From contig JBHGNT010000053.1 in assembly GCA_043228905.1 (NCBI GenBank), forward strand, positions 62,001 to 126,000: DNA of 64,000 bases. Reading direction: 5' to 3'. A program made the translations under genes and the position numbers. Below, piece after piece: positions 1 to 11,849 of this stretch; within the stretch, counting starts at the first letter, position 1; the number at the start of each line of letters is the position of its first letter. The notes under the pieces are model-generated. The model was not told where the DNA came from. It was given only the letters and a program-made list of their open reading frames with translations, and searched no databases. The DNA is from Azolla caroliniana. Lineage: Eukaryota; Plantae; Polypodiophyta.

Positions 1-115
1 TCAAAAATTGCTAATAATTACTGGATTCACTTCATTGTTTGCAATAGATGCAGAAGGCAATGTGACCGCGCCATTGTTTTTTAGCTAATAAGATGCAGCT
101 TCTTTTTTGATATAG

Positions 116-3055
116 GAAAAGGGATGTGTAGATCCTGTTGAGTGGCGGTTCTTGCTCGCAGGAGCCACATCATCTACAATGTCACAGCCTAACCCTGCTC
201 CAGAATGGCTGACTGACAAGGTATTTAAGAAATATTGTGATCTTTCTCTTGAACATGTTTGTATGTTTGTTAAGCATCTTACCAGAAGTTTGGTTCTGCA
301 GTCATGGATTGAGATATTACAGCTTAGCCAGTCAAAGAATCTCAAAGGTTTTGAGCAGCATTTTATTGAAAACATATCACATTATAAAAGGATTTTTGAT
401 AGCTCAGAAGCTCATCAAGAACCACTTCCAGAAGACTGGAATAACAAATTAAACAAACTGCAAAAATTGCTCATACTTCGGTGTATCCGTGTTGATAAGG
501 CACTTCTGGGAATACAGGTACTGACTAGCCTTGATTCATTTGTTAATCTTGATTCATTGGTTTAGGTATCCATCAATGGAATGGTTAAGCTACCGAATCT
601 TCTCTACATATATTTCATACTAATTTGAAAATAATAACCAAATGTTTTCTATAGGATTTTGTATCGGAAAACCTAGGTCAGCGCTTTATCGAGCCACCTG
701 CATTTGACCTTGCTGGATGTTATAAAGATGGGTCTCCTTCATCACCGCTCATTTTTGTGCTTTCTTCTGGAGCTGATCCCATGGCTGATCTCCTGAAGCT
801 AGCAGAAGACCTTCGGTTTACTAAGAAATTTGAGAAGGTATTGAATCCATAGAACTCCCTTTGTTTAAAATACATGTTATGGAGAAACTCAGTTTGGGCA
901 AGCTGGTGGCAGATGATTACAAATATAGAAACCCAGTTCTCTCTTAAAATGCTTACATATCATTGCTTTTTCTGTGTTTTATTCCTAGGTTTCTCTTGGA
1001 CAAGGTCAAGGACCCAAAGCAGAAAAGCTTCTTGAACTAGGGATGGATCGTGGCATGTGGGTATGCCTTCAGAATTGTCACTTGTCACAATCATGGATGC
1101 CTGCTCTTGAGCGTATTGTTGATAACATCGATCCAGAAAAGGTAGTACTATAGAATTCAGATTTTTCTTTGAACCAGATTTGAGAATTTCTTTGTTCTTA
1201 CTTTTAATATTTCATGTTTATACACTCAGGTGCATAAAGACTTTCGGCTCTGGTTAACCAGCATGCCTAGTCCTGATTTCCCTGTTTCAATTCTTCAAAA
1301 TGGTGTAAAAATGACTTTGGAACCTCCAAAGGGTTTGAAGTCAAACCTAGCGCGGTCATACATGAGATATACTGACAAGGTCCTGAATGACTGTGCCAAA
1401 CCAGATGTATGGAAGAAGTTTTTGTTTGCGACATGTTTATTCCATGCTGTTATTCAAGAAAGAAGGAAATTTGGTGCTTTAGGATGGAATATAAGGTATG
1501 AATTCACAGATGGAGATCTAGCTGTTTGCCAGACTCAAATTCGGATGTTTCTAAACGAATACAACGAAATTCCGTATAAGGTAGTTTCCTACACTATTTA
1601 TCCTGATTCGCCATAGCAAGAGAAATTTTTGTTTTGTCATTGATTGGATGTGTCGATATTCAGGTTATCCGGTTTCTTTGTGGAGAAATCAACTATGGTG
1701 GTCGTGTCACGGATGATAAGGATAGGCGACTTATGAATAATCTGCTTCTCAAGTTTATTATTCCAGAGGTTTTCTACTGTCTCTTATCACACAAGCAAAG
1801 AAATGTCTTTATATAATTAGTCTTACAGACAAAGAAGCAATCTTGACATTCAATTTACTTAACTCTGATGCAGATTATAGTTGAAACAAAACACAGCTTC
1901 AGTGAGTCTGGAGTATATATTATCCCTGATGCAACAAATGTCAATGGATTTGCCGCATACATTAAAGAGCTTCCACTGGCGCCAAAGCCAGAGATATTTG
2001 GTCTTCATGAGAATGCTGACATCACATGTGATCAAAATGAATCATATGATGTTTTTAACACATTATTATCATTTCAACCAAGAGAAAGAGCGACTGGAAC
2101 AGGTGGCATGTCACGAGAGGAGACCATTGAGAAGTCATGCCAGGATATTCTTGCTAAGCTACCCCCTATATATGATGTTGAAGATGTTCTACGCAAATAT
2201 CCAACAATGTATACAGAGAGTATGAACACAGTTCTGACACAAGAATGCATCAGATACAATGGCTTGCTCAATGTCATGCGGGTCTCCTTGAGAGAAGTAC
2301 TAAAAGCACTGAAGGGGTTAGTGATGATGTCTCCTGACTTGGAAATGCTTTGCACTAGCATCTTCAACAATCAGGTTATCACCACTCTCAATATGTATGT
2401 TTAGTTTATTCACAATAGTCGTTTGCCGCATGGAAATGACCTTAATTATATTAAAATTTTCAGGTTCCAGACCTTTGGGCAAGCAAAGCCTATCCATCAT
2501 TAAAGCCACTTGCTTCATGGGTGATAGATCTCCTTCAGAGAACAGAATTCATACAAGAATGGATAGATAAGGGGGCCCCTGCTGTATACTGGATATCTGG
2601 GTTCTTTTTCCCTCAGGTAGGACTTCAGTATTACGTTCAGTATTATGTTCAAAAAACAATAAATGAAATGTTTCGTGACCTACACAAGTGTACTCAACAA
2701 TGTCAATTTGACGCCTAAGAGTAAATGGGAACCTTGTTTTCAGGCCTTCTTGACAGGAACCCTTCAGAATTTTGCAAGAAAGTATAGATATCCCATCGAT
2801 ACTGTTGGCTTTGATTTCATCGTTGAAGATAGTCAAACAGCTAAAACAATCCAAAAACCACCTGAAGATGGATGTTATATCCGAGGTTTATTTCTTGAAG
2901 GATGTCGTTGGGATTATCAAGAACATATGTTGACAGAGTCTAGACCAAAGGAATTATATAGTGAGCTCCCGATTATGTGGCTAAAGCCTGTGCAGTTCAG
3001 AAAACCTCCAGAGAGCGGTATCTATGAATGTCCTGTTTACAAGACATTATTACGT

Positions 3056-3112
<57 letters not shown>

Positions 3113-3342
3113 GAAGCTAATATATCTTTCTCTCTCTCAAAATATAGCTAACAAGTAAAATTATTCTTGTAACTTCTCTTTTTGTATTTGTGTGAATGTT
3201 AAAAATGTTACCATGTGCAGGAACTTTGTCAACAACTGGTCATTCAACAAACTTTGTGATGTATTTGGAATTGCCGACTGATAAGCCCCAATCACATTGG
3301 ATAAATCGTGGAGTCGGCCTCTTTACATCGCTTGCATACTAA
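116..3342 (+). CDS. Axonemal dynein heavy chain, C-terminal exons (AAA6 and C-terminal domain), copy 1; upstream part outside window
   Basis: GT-AG exons encode [75 protein letters not shown] and [13 protein letters not shown]...TSLAY*, with the stop at 3340-3342. These are typical axonemal dynein heavy-chain motifs. Confidence 0.95.
3061..3107 (+). repeat. (TC)n microsatellite beginning at the donor site of the last dynein intron (also ~32675 and ~62334)
   Basis: gcag|gtctctctct... read directly. Confidence 0.95.
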
Positions 3343-3964
3343 TACAATGAGGCAATCTCTACCATTTCCATTCTATGGAGGACGATTTCAAGAGGTTTTT
3401 AAATGGTTGTATTACAACTTTTCGTGCTTGACATTTCAAGAGCCAACTTCTATTTTAAAGTCATCTTTTTTATAAATGGGATTCTTCAAAAAATAGAGCT
3501 TGGGGATTGGATTTCTCAACGTACTTGCAGCAAAATCAAAAGCATTGGAATTCGCAAATGGTGTTTCAAGAGTATTTACAGAGTCTACAATAGACGACAT
3601 GCAATGTTTGTTGAAGTTTGGAAAAGGGTAAGTTGAGAGATAAATATCGCTTTTCTCCGAGTTCGGATAAAGGATGTAATCATCAACAATCTATGCGTTA
3701 TTAAGCTTTGTACATGTTGAGGTGCCTCTATAGATTTACATTCTCATGCAAACTTTTCCCATATGGCATTCGTTATTGCGATGTATTTCGAGTAAAAACA
3801 TTGTAACTTCTTGGTTGGGGAAACTAGTGAAGTATATTGCATATAGTGAGATTCCGCTACATATGCATGGGTTTCCAAACACGTGAAAAATACACTTTGT
3901 AATATTTTCAAATTTACAAAGGGTATTTTCAAATATTACAAAAAGTATTTTTCACATTGCCCTT

Positions 3965-4267
3965 CATACCATACCATACCAAATTAAACCAAATCAAACA
4001 TACTATAGCATACCAAACCAAATTAAACTAAATCAAACATACCATACCATACCATACCAAATTAAACCAAATCAAACATACTATAGCATACCAAACCAAA
4101 TTAAACTAAATCAAACATACCATACCATACCAAATTAAACCAAATCAAACATACTATAGCATACCAAACCAAATTAAACTAAATCAAACATACCATACCA
4201 TACCAAACCAAATTAAACTAAATCAAACATACCATACCATACCAAATTAAACCAAATCAAACATACC
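3965..4267 (+). repeat. Pentamer-based satellite array A (CATAC/CAAAT/TAAAC/CAAAC/TATAG units); also 33579-33881 and 63238-63540
   Basis: Repeated higher-order blocks such as cataccaaattaaaccaaatcaaacatactatagcataccaaaccaaattaaactaaatcaaa. Confidence 0.95.
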
Positions 4268-4839
4268 TGTAGGCAACAAGAACTTAAATGTTGAACGTCT
4301 GTTAAATTAATGGGTAAACCAATAATGCTGATATTAACAAAACTTGTCTATTAAATGCAAAAAAGGGATCTATGAAAAGCTGACTACAGATGTAATCTGG
4401 CTACGGATTAAAATCGTTGAAAGCGCCCTCAACTAATGGTAAGCTATGTAGGAGACATGTGGGGTGTACATGAGAGAGATCTAAAAACTCTTACATGGGA
4501 GAGCTCACTCTAATCCTTTGGAAATCTGGAGCCTAGTAAAATTATTACTGTTTGCTGTTTTCCCCAATGGATCCAGAGAGAGTACTTTCAAAAAATTTAA
4601 GATTCCAGTCATCTTACATGCTGGACACATGAACACACACTGATTGTACTTGATGTTTAATAGAACTATGTGTGAGGGTTTATTGAGACTCAGGGTACAC
4701 CCCCCATTATTGTGCCTATTCTCCAGACATGAGACCCTTCCTTTACGATTAACTATTGCATTATCATCGGTTGCATAAAAACTTGGCATTATCATCTGTT
4801 TCTCAGGTTTCCTACATATACCATTTTCCCTTCATAGAC

Positions 4840-5380
4840 CAAAACATTTAACTGTTGATCATTTCGTTAACTAAAACTTATTATGGTAAAAATTCAACTT
4901 CAAAGGAAAACGCTATATTGTTGTTTTGTGGACTTCAAGAAAGCCTTTGACACTATACCAGGGAGTGAGCTTGGGAAAAGAATGATAGAGATAAGAATGT
5001 CATTAGTGTATAGAGCAGTTGTAGCACAATTGTATGAGCAAGTTGCCAATTGAAAATGGATAGTAGTTTCTCAAACTACTTTTTGAGCAAAATAGGGGTC
5101 AAAGCAAGGGTGTCCACTCTCTCCCACACTCTTTGGTCTATGCATCGATATCCCACTAGTAACCTATATGAGCAAGTTAAGTGCAAATTGAAAGTAGATA
5201 GTGGTTTGTCAAACTACGTTTTGAGCATCATGGGTATCAAGCAAGGGTATCCATTCTCTCTTACACTCTTTGGTCTATACATCGTTAAAATTGAAAAAAT
5301 AGTAAAGTAAGGTTGCAAAAGAAAAAGAATCGGATGGCCTAAAACTCATACATGAGCTCTCCTATATGCTAATGATGTTT
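4840..5380 (+). mobile_element. Degenerate LINE reverse-transcriptase fragment with internal ~135-bp tandem duplication (also +29,614)
   Basis: Translates to LYCCFVDFKKAFDTIP and, twice, G(V/I)KQG(C/Y)P(L/F)S.TLFGL, which are non-LTR RT motifs. Frameshifts and stops are present. Boundaries approximate. Confidence 0.75.
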
Positions 5381-8299
5381 TTGTAAAGAACTAGAAGACA
5401 GAATGACAGTTTTCTGAAATATCTAAAGGTAGAGATATAGAAACTAAAACAATTATGGGGTTTAACACATAGGAGGGATTAAAGAAGTAGAAGTATTTTT
5501 ACAAAATAAAAGCCTACCATTGAAAAAACATACAAGATAGGAGTGCACACACACATATATATATATGCGCTATCCAAGATACATAGAATATGCTTTTAGA
5601 AAAGGTGCTTTAAATGCTGATGGGACAGCTAAGTCATGGCCTCATAAATACCTATTCTATGCTGAGTGGGAATCTTGTCCAAGTATCTCATTCAAAGTAT
5701 AGAATATTCTTTTAGAAGTTGTAGTACAGTTCTGAAAACGAGACTGTACAACTTTAACATAAAATAGAAAATATTAAATAATATAAAAACATTTTTCTAG
5801 TTTAGTTAGAGAAACCTAAAGGGCCCTTAATCCCAAGAGTTTTATTCCAATATACTTTGGATGATATGCAATACGTACTTGATGTATTTGGATACATTTT
5901 GTCAAATCAATGGACTATTGTTAATGATGGCAATAAAGGTGATACAACTCAGACATTACCCCACTTTACATGCAAGAGAGAAGTTAGAACCAAAACAAGT
6001 GGTGCAAAGCATCAAATATCTATGTATGCTATGACAAGTGTGCTGGAATGTATTAAAGTTCCATCGACAAATAGATAGAATGTATGCTATGAGTCTAGGC
6101 TTCAAGTGTGCTAGAATAGTTATTATATGTTTGAGAATCAATGCAACCAAAGTGATACTCGAAGATGGGAAGTGAGATAATGTTATTCAATGCTATGTTG
6201 GTCCAAATGTTGTGTTATGGAGTGAGAGTGTGAGGTGGCACTATCTCACTTAGTGCATGGAATGAACTAGATAAAATCCATAAATTATAACTTGACAAGC
6301 TATTAGAAACAAGTGATCTATAGAGGTACAAGCCATGCAAAGAGTATTCAAGTATATCACAAAAGCCAAGAATATGCCTGGCCATAAATTGCCAAAACAA
6401 GCTGGAACATAGGATGCAAGGTACACAAACCAAGAAGAGCAAAATCTTCTTATCTAGTTGGATGCTTGACATGATGAAATGGTTTATGAGATGGGTAGTA
6501 AAAGATCTGTTGGTGCTCTCAAGTGATGCTATGAAGCATGTGATCAGCACGGATAGATTACTAGAGGCAGTAAGGATGAAGTGGCAAGATGCTAAAATGT
6601 CGAAATTGGAATATTGCAAATATTAACCCAATTTTGTCACCAATACAGGGTAAAAATGCCAGAATGTATCCTATCACATCTCACTATCCCCATGAGCCCA
6701 GAGAACATTAACACTCTTCAAACTTGCTCACACAAGTTAAGTGTTGATGTAGCATCATGGCATCCATCACCCAAATATGTAGATATGCAAGGTATGCAAT
6801 AAAACCTGAGGAGGCTGAATCAGTTACATACTTATCCCATGCTCAGTGTATAAGGTAATTCACGAGAAATATGATGACTTGTTAGACGGGTATGATAATG
6901 TAAGTCTCATACTCAAATGTCCATCAACAATGTTGAGCATAAATATGCGTGCATTATTTTCACATCTAGAGTTTTTACTCCAACGTAATAACCCCCCTTC
7001 TTAGGAAGGAGTCACATACAACATGATATGTTGATTTGATCCCATGGGCCATACGTCAAAATTCACTTCCTCATGGACAATAAAATATCTATTCTATTGC
7101 CTTAGTGGTACAACATGATTTTCCATCCATGTGTACCACATTGTAGTTCATACACATTACCTCATCTCACTCATTTCAGTTGAAGAAAATATGAAGGATT
7201 AAATAGAATAAGTATAACAAAAAAGCCAAAGCCAAGGTAGTTCTACCTGCTTGCGGAACCTGCTGATATTACGTTTTGTTGTCAAACTTGGATGAGCTCC
7301 TGTCTAACAAGTATTATAAAATATATATATTACCATATGTGCAAATGCTCATAATTGAACAAATGGCTTATATATCACAAACAATGACCTTTCATTTTAC
7401 CTCAATTGCATATTGTTCAGCAGGTAATCCAAAAGCATCCCAACCCATTCCCATTGGATGAAGAACATTAAACCCTTGCATGCGTTTGTACCTTGCAATA
7501 ATATCAGTGGCTGTATAACCTTCAGGGTGTCCAACATGAAGACCTGATCCACTGTTAAACAGTCATGACCATGTAAATCATTAAGGGTTGATAAACCAAA
7601 ACATAACATAATCAAACACCAGAGTAGAAAGAAAGAAAGAGTGTCCAACATGAAGACCTGCCCCATTATCGAACATTCATGACAATGCAAATCATCAAGC
7701 ATTAATAAACTTAGATATCCCACACTAAACACCATAGTAGAAAGAAAGAAAGCTATATAACATATTTTAAGAGGCCAAAATAGTCTATAAACTGAACAGA
7801 AATCTTTGGGAACAAAATGTTTTCTCGTCTTTGGGAAAAACAAATCAAAATAATTATTGAGGAAACTGTTATGACAGTAGTAGGGTGCCAAAGAGCCTAG
7901 CACAAACAGAGAAAATTATACTAAAAAGCAACTATATTTCTTAGTGAGCCTCAAAGCCTTTAAATAGAGTGGGGTTTGTAACTGATACATTTATGAAAGG
8001 GGATAACATGTGCCTAGGAGCATAATGAGTAAAAGTCGTAAAGTAGTGGGGAGAAAAAACAATGTAGTAAATGTTGTAATGAAGTACTGGCAGGATTAGA
8101 AAGTCAAATGAGATAATTGATGGAATAAAGTGAATCTAGAGAGAGAAATGTGTAGTGTGCGTGTGTGCAGAAGGGAAAGATTAGTTCTAAGGCTGTCATC
8201 CTCCACCACCTCGGCTCCAGAATGGTGCTCCTAATTTGAGATGAATAAAGGGCTGATCAATTGTGTCCTTAGGAAGTGCCTTGTTAAAGAAGCCAGCCA

Positions 8300-9740
8300 C
8301 ATTGCCATAGATTACTTGCTATACCCAAGAAACTTGCATTTCTTACTCTTGGATTCAAATTTAGTAAGTGTAGTATCTGAAATATGAACATATTCATCAG
8401 ATTCAAACACCCAAAGATGAGAAACTAAGAATTTGTGACCTGTAAATGCCTCTTCAAGGATCATTTCAGCAAGTGCCTTAGTAGGAGAATAGTTGATGAT
8501 ATAGACAGCTGTGTCGATAGCTTCACCCAAAAATGGAGAGAAAGATCAGATTGAGACAACACTCTCACCATTTCTTAACTGTCTTGTTCTTCCTTTCTAC
8601 TACTAATTTTGTTGTGGAGAATTGGGGACAGAAAACTGACAAGCAATACCTTGTTGCCAAGAAAAGATACTAACAGAACATGAAATAAATTCACCACCAT
8701 TGTTAGCTCTGATTTTGTTAACCTTCTTGAAGGTCTTTGTTTCAACTAGAGACACCCATTCTTGAAACCTAGAGAGTGCTTCAAATTTGGTTGAAGGTAT
8801 GTGAACTCAGACTAGCTCCAAAATGGATGTGGCACAATAAGTTGCTTGAGAGAGAAATGGTTCTCAGTGGTGCTTCCCATGTGCACAAGCCACACATGAG
8901 GTATTGAAGAAATTTGAATGAGGAAGGCCATGCACCATTTGGGATGACGAGAGTCATAGTTGTGATGCCCAAAAGCAAGCACACAACAGCTACGGATCTT
9001 CTTGAGCTACTACGACATAACTTCAATGCAGATGTTATAGTAGATGAGACTTGGAGGATGGTAATGAGCTGTTGGAGCCGTGACGGTGACACAAGTCCAT
9101 TTCCTTTTTATCACTGGTGGAAATTTGTAGGTTGTTGATGTCATCTCCAACTTAAGAGTTATTCAGATTATACATTTTGTTGACTAGAAGGAAAATTCAA
9201 AATGCATTACCCATGGATGAAGCCTCAAGCACCAACAGTAGGTTAGATGAAAGACAAGGTACAGATAATACATTTTGAATCATAGTTGTTTGTTGACCAG
9301 AAAGAGAATTCAAAAATACATTACTCATGTGTGAGGCCTCGGGACTTGAGGCATCTGCAATAGAAATGTGTGAGCTGTGAGGTCGAATATAACACAAGAT
9401 AGACCTGTCAAGAGTCATATGACTTGTGCAAGCACTCTCCATAATCCAATGATCAAGAGAGGATACACTTCAGCTAGTCATAGGGGAAGAATTAAAGATG
9501 ACACCCTAAGAAAGTTGTTTCTTTGGCAGTACATCTAGTGTTTGATCACAATACAAACCTAGGGTTGGTTGAGGATGGCTTTGTGGAATCATCCCTTTCA
9601 TTTTCTAGCAATCAGGTTGGATGTGGACTTAATTATCCCAATGGCGATAAGTAAGATCTTTATGGGCTGGATTGTTGGTTGGTTTTGAAGAAGATTTATT
9701 AATGTTAGGAGATGCATTCTATTTGCCTTTGCCTTTATAA
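8300..9740 (-). mobile_element. Degenerate Ty1/Copia gag-protease-integrase remnant inside LeuRS intron 1 (also +29,614)
   Basis: WIMESACTSHMT is a Copia protease-like motif. GEAIDTAVYIINYSPTKAL...HLWVF...YVHI...KFESKSKKCKFLGY matches the integrase C-terminus. Many stops and frameshifts. Boundaries approximate. Confidence 0.8.
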
Positions 9741-9749
9741 TAGAGAAGA

Positions 9750-10300
9750 TGCTACCTGTATCCAACGTCTTTGCCAATTACAGTAGGAAGATATACACGA
9801 ATACCTCTAGAAGAAAGAATTTGCCAATTATGTCATCAAGGAGTGGAATCCGAAGCACGCTATGTTTGACACTGTAGTGTCTTTTATGAAATCAGAGGGA
9901 GATGCCATTGCCTCTTTAAACAAGGCTTTGGCCCGCTACGTAAGGTAATGGAATATTAGGACCAACGGTGCCTAGGTCTTTTCTTACTAGAACTCAAGAG
10001 ACAGAGGGAAGCATTTGTAGTGTGATAGGGTAGCTCAAGACTTCTTCAAATCAGTTAGAGATTGAGATAGGAAAATATGCATGCAAATCTATTGAAGAAT
10101 AAATCTGCCAATTACGCCATTGGGAGTGAAATTGGAAAGCATTAAGTTAGTCATGGCTTTGGTTTTTAGTTTTAAAAAAAGGAGGGAGATACCATTGCCT
10201 TTTTAAACAAAGCTTTGACCCAGTACAGAAGGTCAAGTGTGTTTAGGATTGTTCTCACAAGAATTCAAGAGACATAGTGAGAAGTTGTTGACGGACAACA
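9750..10300 (+). mobile_element. LINE ORF2 C-terminal remnants (two partial copies; also +29,614)
   Basis: VGRYTRIPLEERICQLCHQGVESEARYV*HC is a LINE C-terminal Cys/His knuckle. The segment gagggagat..cattgcct.tttaaacaa.gctttg occurs at ~9895 and ~10183. Confidence 0.6.
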
Positions 10301-11316
10301 ACACAGCCACAACAGCTTATCGACGAAGGGCCATTACAGCTTGATTTTTCTCCATCACTCAATGCTACAAGTCAATCAGTTGGCTACACATGTGGAGTCT
10401 TGGCCAGGACACTTGAATGGGGTTAAATAGATTGGGCAATAGCAAATTGTCTTGTCATCTAGGCCACAGCATCTATCACCTTTGTAAGAACTAGAAGATA
10501 GAACGAAAGTTTTCTGAAATACTTAAAGGCAAAGATATAGAAACCAAAAACAAATATGGGGTTTCACACATAGAAAAGATTAAAGAAAGCAGAAGCAGAT
10601 CTGCAAAATAAAAGGCCACTACTTAAAAAGCAATGTACAAGGTAGAAGTGCCCCATCTGCTCTCAGCCTGACCCACATGAATTGACCAGTCTCATCTCTA
10701 TGAAAAATGTGGGTCAGAGGTTCTAACTCCTCTGTGAAAAGCAATGAAACTCCACTAGCCCAGTGATCCCCCCATATGTTGTCTGCAAGTGAGCTCCCAT
10801 ATGTATCCTATATCATTCTCGGAGGAGGATTACCCGATGCATCTCGACATAAGTTTACCAGAGATTTTGTTAGTGTGTCTAATTGGAGGGAATGAGGACT
10901 GAGTGTATACCTAGGATAGGGGAACATGTCGAGGACATAGAATTTAGGCTTTGAAGTGTCGACGGTGTCAGGAGTGTGGAACGTCTGGTTGGCTTCCCAG
11001 AAATGTTGCCATTTCTGTTCGATGACATGGAAGGGATAAGCTTTTCTGAGAGGAAGCAATGGAGTAGTTGGGCCACTTTCGGCGTCAGTTGAGGAAGTGG
11101 CGATGCTACAGAAGAGAGTGCGGCTTGACGTCCTTCTTCTTCTCCCACCGAACTGCTGGAACAACAAGTTGCAGCTAGTTGTGGCCTTGCAAGGTCGTGA
11201 GAGGATATTGAGGCAGCAAAGGGGACGCCTGAGGAGGAAAGAGGTGCAGCAGTTGAGGGAGGAGCTCAACATGCCGCCTTCCTGCAGGTGCTGCCAAGCT
11301 GGGATACTACTGCTCG

Positions 11317-11358
11317 CCATAGCCATAGCCATAGCCATAGCCATAGCCATAGCCATAG
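11317..11358 (-). repeat. (ATGGCT)n hexamer repeat at the LeuRS start, encoding MAMAMA...
   Basis: (ccatag)n on the + strand gives seven in-frame ATGs. Confidence 0.9.
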
Positions 11359-11666
11359 CTGCTCACTCACTCGTGGACATTAATTCATTCATTATTCATA
11401 TATCTATGTACATATATCATCATCATCAAAATCATCATCATCATCTCTGTGTGGTCGGTCGGTCACGCAGACCAAAATACATGAACATACATATGTACAT
11501 ACATTCTTCATTTCTTTCTTATCTATCTAGTATCTAGTCAAGGGAGTTATTAAGAAGTTTTACAAGAGAACCATTTCGAATGCAAGTGGGCGGGCAATCA
11601 CACACAAGAATCAACCAAACTCGTTAGTGCGGCTCTTTTATTGACACAACTATCAATAATTATTGA

Positions 11667-11724
11667 CATAAAAGAGTTGATAGTTGTGTCAATAATTATT
11701 GACACAACTATCAACTCTTTTATG
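11667..11724. repeat. Perfect 58-bp palindrome with an adjacent partial extra copy (also 41281-41338)
   Basis: cataaaagagttgatagttgtgtcaataa|ttattgacacaactatcaactcttttatg, with 29-bp arms and no spacer. Confidence 0.95.
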
Positions 11725-11849
11725 CATGGACAACAATTGGGGCAACCACAAAGGAGTCCATCCATCTCCCCATAACAATAGAACATGATGGATGTCCTAT
11801 GTTGGTGGTGATGCAACATCCACATCTAACAACACTTGTGATGCATTAT

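Larger units (their letters stand above)
7247..11356 (-). pseudogene. Organellar (chloroplast/mitochondrial) leucyl-tRNA synthetase, 5' fragment: exons 11356-10911, 7551-7401, 7303-7247
   Basis: Exon 1 is a transit-peptide-like region followed by [15 protein letters not shown]...[14 protein letters not shown]. Exon 2 is [51 protein letters not shown], containing the HIGH motif. Exon 3 is TGAHPSLTTKRNISRFRKQ. Splice sites are GT-AG and phases are compatible. I found no further LeuRS exons. Confidence 0.9.

Noticed and set aside
3965-4267. CRISPR-like or telomeric array
   Set aside because: There are no unique spacers, no cas genes, the context is eukaryotic, and the units are not TTTAGGG.
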